A DNA stretch of 64,000 nt. Source: Thalia democratica (Eukaryota). A model generated the notes under the pieces. That model was not told the origin of the DNA and did not search any database. It saw only the letters and a program-made list of their open reading frames with translations. A program made the position numbers and the translations under genes. This document shows positions 61,101 through 64,000 of the stretch, one piece after another (within the stretch, counting starts at the first letter, position 1; each line of letters begins with the position of its first letter). The DNA is taken from NCBI GenBank assembly GCA_965202585.1, contig OZ241827.1, forward strand, positions 57,660,001 to 57,724,000. Direction: 5' to 3'.

Positions 61101-64000
61101 AGAAGCCAATTATATGTTTGTGTAAAAAATTTGTAAACAAAAGAGTAGGAAAATATCTTCTAATTCACAAACACCTAGCTGAAAAAGCTCGTAAACGCTT
61201 AAAAAAGTTCGTTACAAAGCTTCATTTCTTCGTGTGTGCACGACGAAAAACCGATCATGCCATATGTCTTTTTCTATAAAAAAAGCACGCACAGATAAAA
61301 ATATTCAAAGTATTTGATTGTGTTGATTTTTATTGAGGCCGTAGTATCTCGTACAAAAGAGAAATTGCCAGGTTAAACTGATGTATAGGAGCCCATTGTG
61401 CTCAGCTGACTTGTTTTGCAGTTTGAACGTTAATACAGCGAAACACGTGCAATATGTGAGCATATTTACAGTTTTTTCATTGCTCGAATTTAAAGCTTGC
61501 CTACTGCGGTTTGAGTGAAACAAACGCATAACACACGGATTAAATATAAATAAACGTTATTTGCATGCAAATTCTTTTTTTGCCGAGAAATGAAAACAAA
61601 AGTTTTATGTATAAACCGCTTTTGTCCCAACAACTTGTTTGCTTCAAGGCTTAAACAGGTAGCAAGCAAATATTTAACAATGAATGAAAGTGCAAAGGTT
61701 TCAAAAACACGAAAAAATACAACAGCTGTTGAAAAAAAACCTATTAAAAAAGCACAATGAAACAAAAAACTTTATTATTTTTAGCACCGCACATTCATCC
61801 CACGCTTTTTGTTTACGTCGCGCGCTTTATAAGCAAAATTCATTTTTTTTAAATCAAAAATCATTCACTCCGTGATACTTCGAATGCTTCCGTTCGCGGC
61901 AAGTTCATGGCTCAAATTTCTAATTTTAGTTTAAATATCAGCAGCAGTAGAAGCAGTGGCCTGTCAAGGCACGCGCGCAATTTTAGTTTATTTTTTCAAG
62001 CTTTTTTTTAGTTAGAATTCTACTCAGGATTTTTACCATGCTGCGGATTTTACTTAATCTCGAACCTTAAGCTTAGCATGTTGTTGGCTTTCTATTAACA
62101 ATTTTGAATTTGTGTAAAATTTTGTTAAATATTTTTCAACAGGCTTGTTAATACTTACAGTTAAGACGCTAATTAAGGAACGAACAAGTTTGAATATATT
62201 GTTAACTGCTTTTTTGCACTAACATGAATTTTATTTCGAGTGTTGAAACAACTTAAAGCTATTACTGGACAATTAACCTCAATTAAACAAATATTTTTTT
62301 TTGGAAACACAGCAACTTCAAAGCCATCTAGGACGCCTGATGTTTACAAAACAGCAGTTTAGCAGCTAATTACGCTGAAATTTGCAGTAAAATTGTGTTA
62401 TTAGTACAGCGCAAGTCAGCCAAGGTTATATGCTTGTGAGATCTTTTTTACAATTACTTTCCTCAGTGATTAAATCAGCGAGCCACCTACTAACTTTTTC
62501 TTATCATCAGACATTTTCAACCGCTTCAACTCTCTTGTGCTACTTAGCTACTTTATATTTTGAACGGATTTTAACGGCAATGCCAGATTTAATTTTGATC
62601 TGTATTTAATTGCAACACTAGCATATTGTGAAGTAGCTTTCTGCGAAAGGGAAAGGCATGGCGCGATTAAACTTTTAAATTTATTTCTCATTTAAGTGGG
62701 TGGCACGGTTTGAAGTGCACTCGCTTCTGTGTTTGTTTCGAAAACTTTCCTTTTTATCTGAGGGGCGTTTTACTCGCCTCTCGAAGAAGAATGAGATTAA
62801 GTCGCTTGACAGCTCCTTAAAAATTTTCACCACGACAGCTTTCAAAGCTTTTTTTTTTCAAGATTCTTTCAGGGTTGAATAATTTCTTTCTGCTCGAAAC
62901 CGCTTCCCAGACGACCGCTTCTTTTTTTTTCAAGCAGAGGCAGAAAAACTCAAAACAAGAAGTTCTCTGAAGGGAAAAAATTTAAGTGCTTGGAAGGGAA
63001 TTTCTAATGTAAACTGATGGCGTTTTTAGGGCTTAAACGCAAAATTTAAAAAATGAAAAGTGAACTGTTTAAAAGGCACTCGAGTTGTGACAGAGAAGGA
63101 TTGTACGGTTGCAAGCGAATAAAAATAAAATAAAGTTCAAATAAACATTTGTCATTTCGCAGCAAACTCGTGACTGTTCGTGTAACGCCTACGCTTGTCA
63201 TATTGTATACCGGGAGAAAGTTTTGTTGAGCTTAAAGTAAAATTTACTTGCTTCTTGAATTTTTTTGCTTTAGAAATATTTTTACAACGACTAATTCAGA
63301 ATAAATTTCCGAGAAATAATACTTGTTTTTATTTATATGGTCACTTACACTTAAATCTAATCTAACAAAAAATAAATTTAATGCTTATTCGTATGTTTAG
63401 ATTCTCAAATAAAAAACTAAATTTGAAAAAAAAAACATTTATTTCATAGAAATCTAATTTTAAATAAGCTTACAGCTGTAAACTTGCTGCTATCTTACTT
63501 TTCTGTATCGACCGAGCCAATTGAAAGTATTTGCTCTTCAAATAAAACGCGCTCCTAATTATAGCATTTAATAACTGTGTGCAAGATAACAGCGTCTGCT
63601 GTTTAGAGACTGAGCAAAATGACAAGATATTACATGACACTTGCTTTGTTATATATAGTAAAACAGCTTAAGTCTGAGAGACAATAGTGAAATTTTGACA
63701 TGTTCCCATGCTTTGATGCGATAACACACATTATGTTATGTTTGAAAGTAGGTCTTTTCATAATCGGTAATTATCAGAAATAACTTTATTTGGTAAAATT
63801 TTTGTTTTAACTTCACGAAAATGATTCTTTGTCGATTAATTTAATGCTTTTAAGTTTAAAAGTAACCGTTAATTGAAAAACTTGAAAGTTAAAGTTTTGG
63901 TTTTCGATGTTTTCATACTTAAAGGCTTAAAAGTATCTTTAATTTACATCAGTTTTAAAAGAGTAAATATGTTAAAATATCTTTGTGGTATCATAAGCTC
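58140..64000 (+). repeat. Segmental duplication copy B (offset 58139 bp from copy A), runs off the window end
   Basis: Colinear with 1-5856. Confidence 0.97.

Noticed and set aside
1-64000. CRISPR arrays, rRNA, tRNA, prokaryotic operons or intact transposases
   Set aside because: None seen; the sequence is spliceosomal-intron eukaryotic DNA.

Overview
AT-rich, intron-rich animal genomic DNA. The organism cannot be fixed from sequence; the compact introns and 4-Ig ADAMTSL architecture suggest an invertebrate chordate or deuterostome. The + strand carries a 33-exon ADAMTS-like gene of the ADAMTSL1/ADAMTSL3/MADD-4 (punctin) type at 6608-43276, hand-spliced in frame to about 1726 aa. Its architecture is signal peptide, TSR1, ADAMTS Cys-rich region, spacer, 8 more TSRs, 4 Ig domains and 4 TSRs, with no intact PLAC exon. 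The isoform machinery is the most interesting part. (1) An internal signal-peptide first exon at 25679-25959, inside the 10.4-kb intron, splices in frame to give a MADD-4B-like short form. (2) A dual-use AG|GT site at 18395/18396 creates two abutting, mutually exclusive in-frame exons. (3) A distal signal-peptide exon at 56688-56753 is phase-compatible with exon 2. Downstream lie a decayed PLAC-like exon and three disabled Sushi/CCP exons. Bases 1-5856 recur at 58140-64000, so the window holds about one 58.1-kb unit of a tandem duplication or a haplotype mis-join. Also present: a hAT MITE, a Tc1/mariner-type MITE, a possible Gypsy integrase relic, local tandem duplications and several RFX X-box motifs. 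All exon calls are manual and need RNA support.
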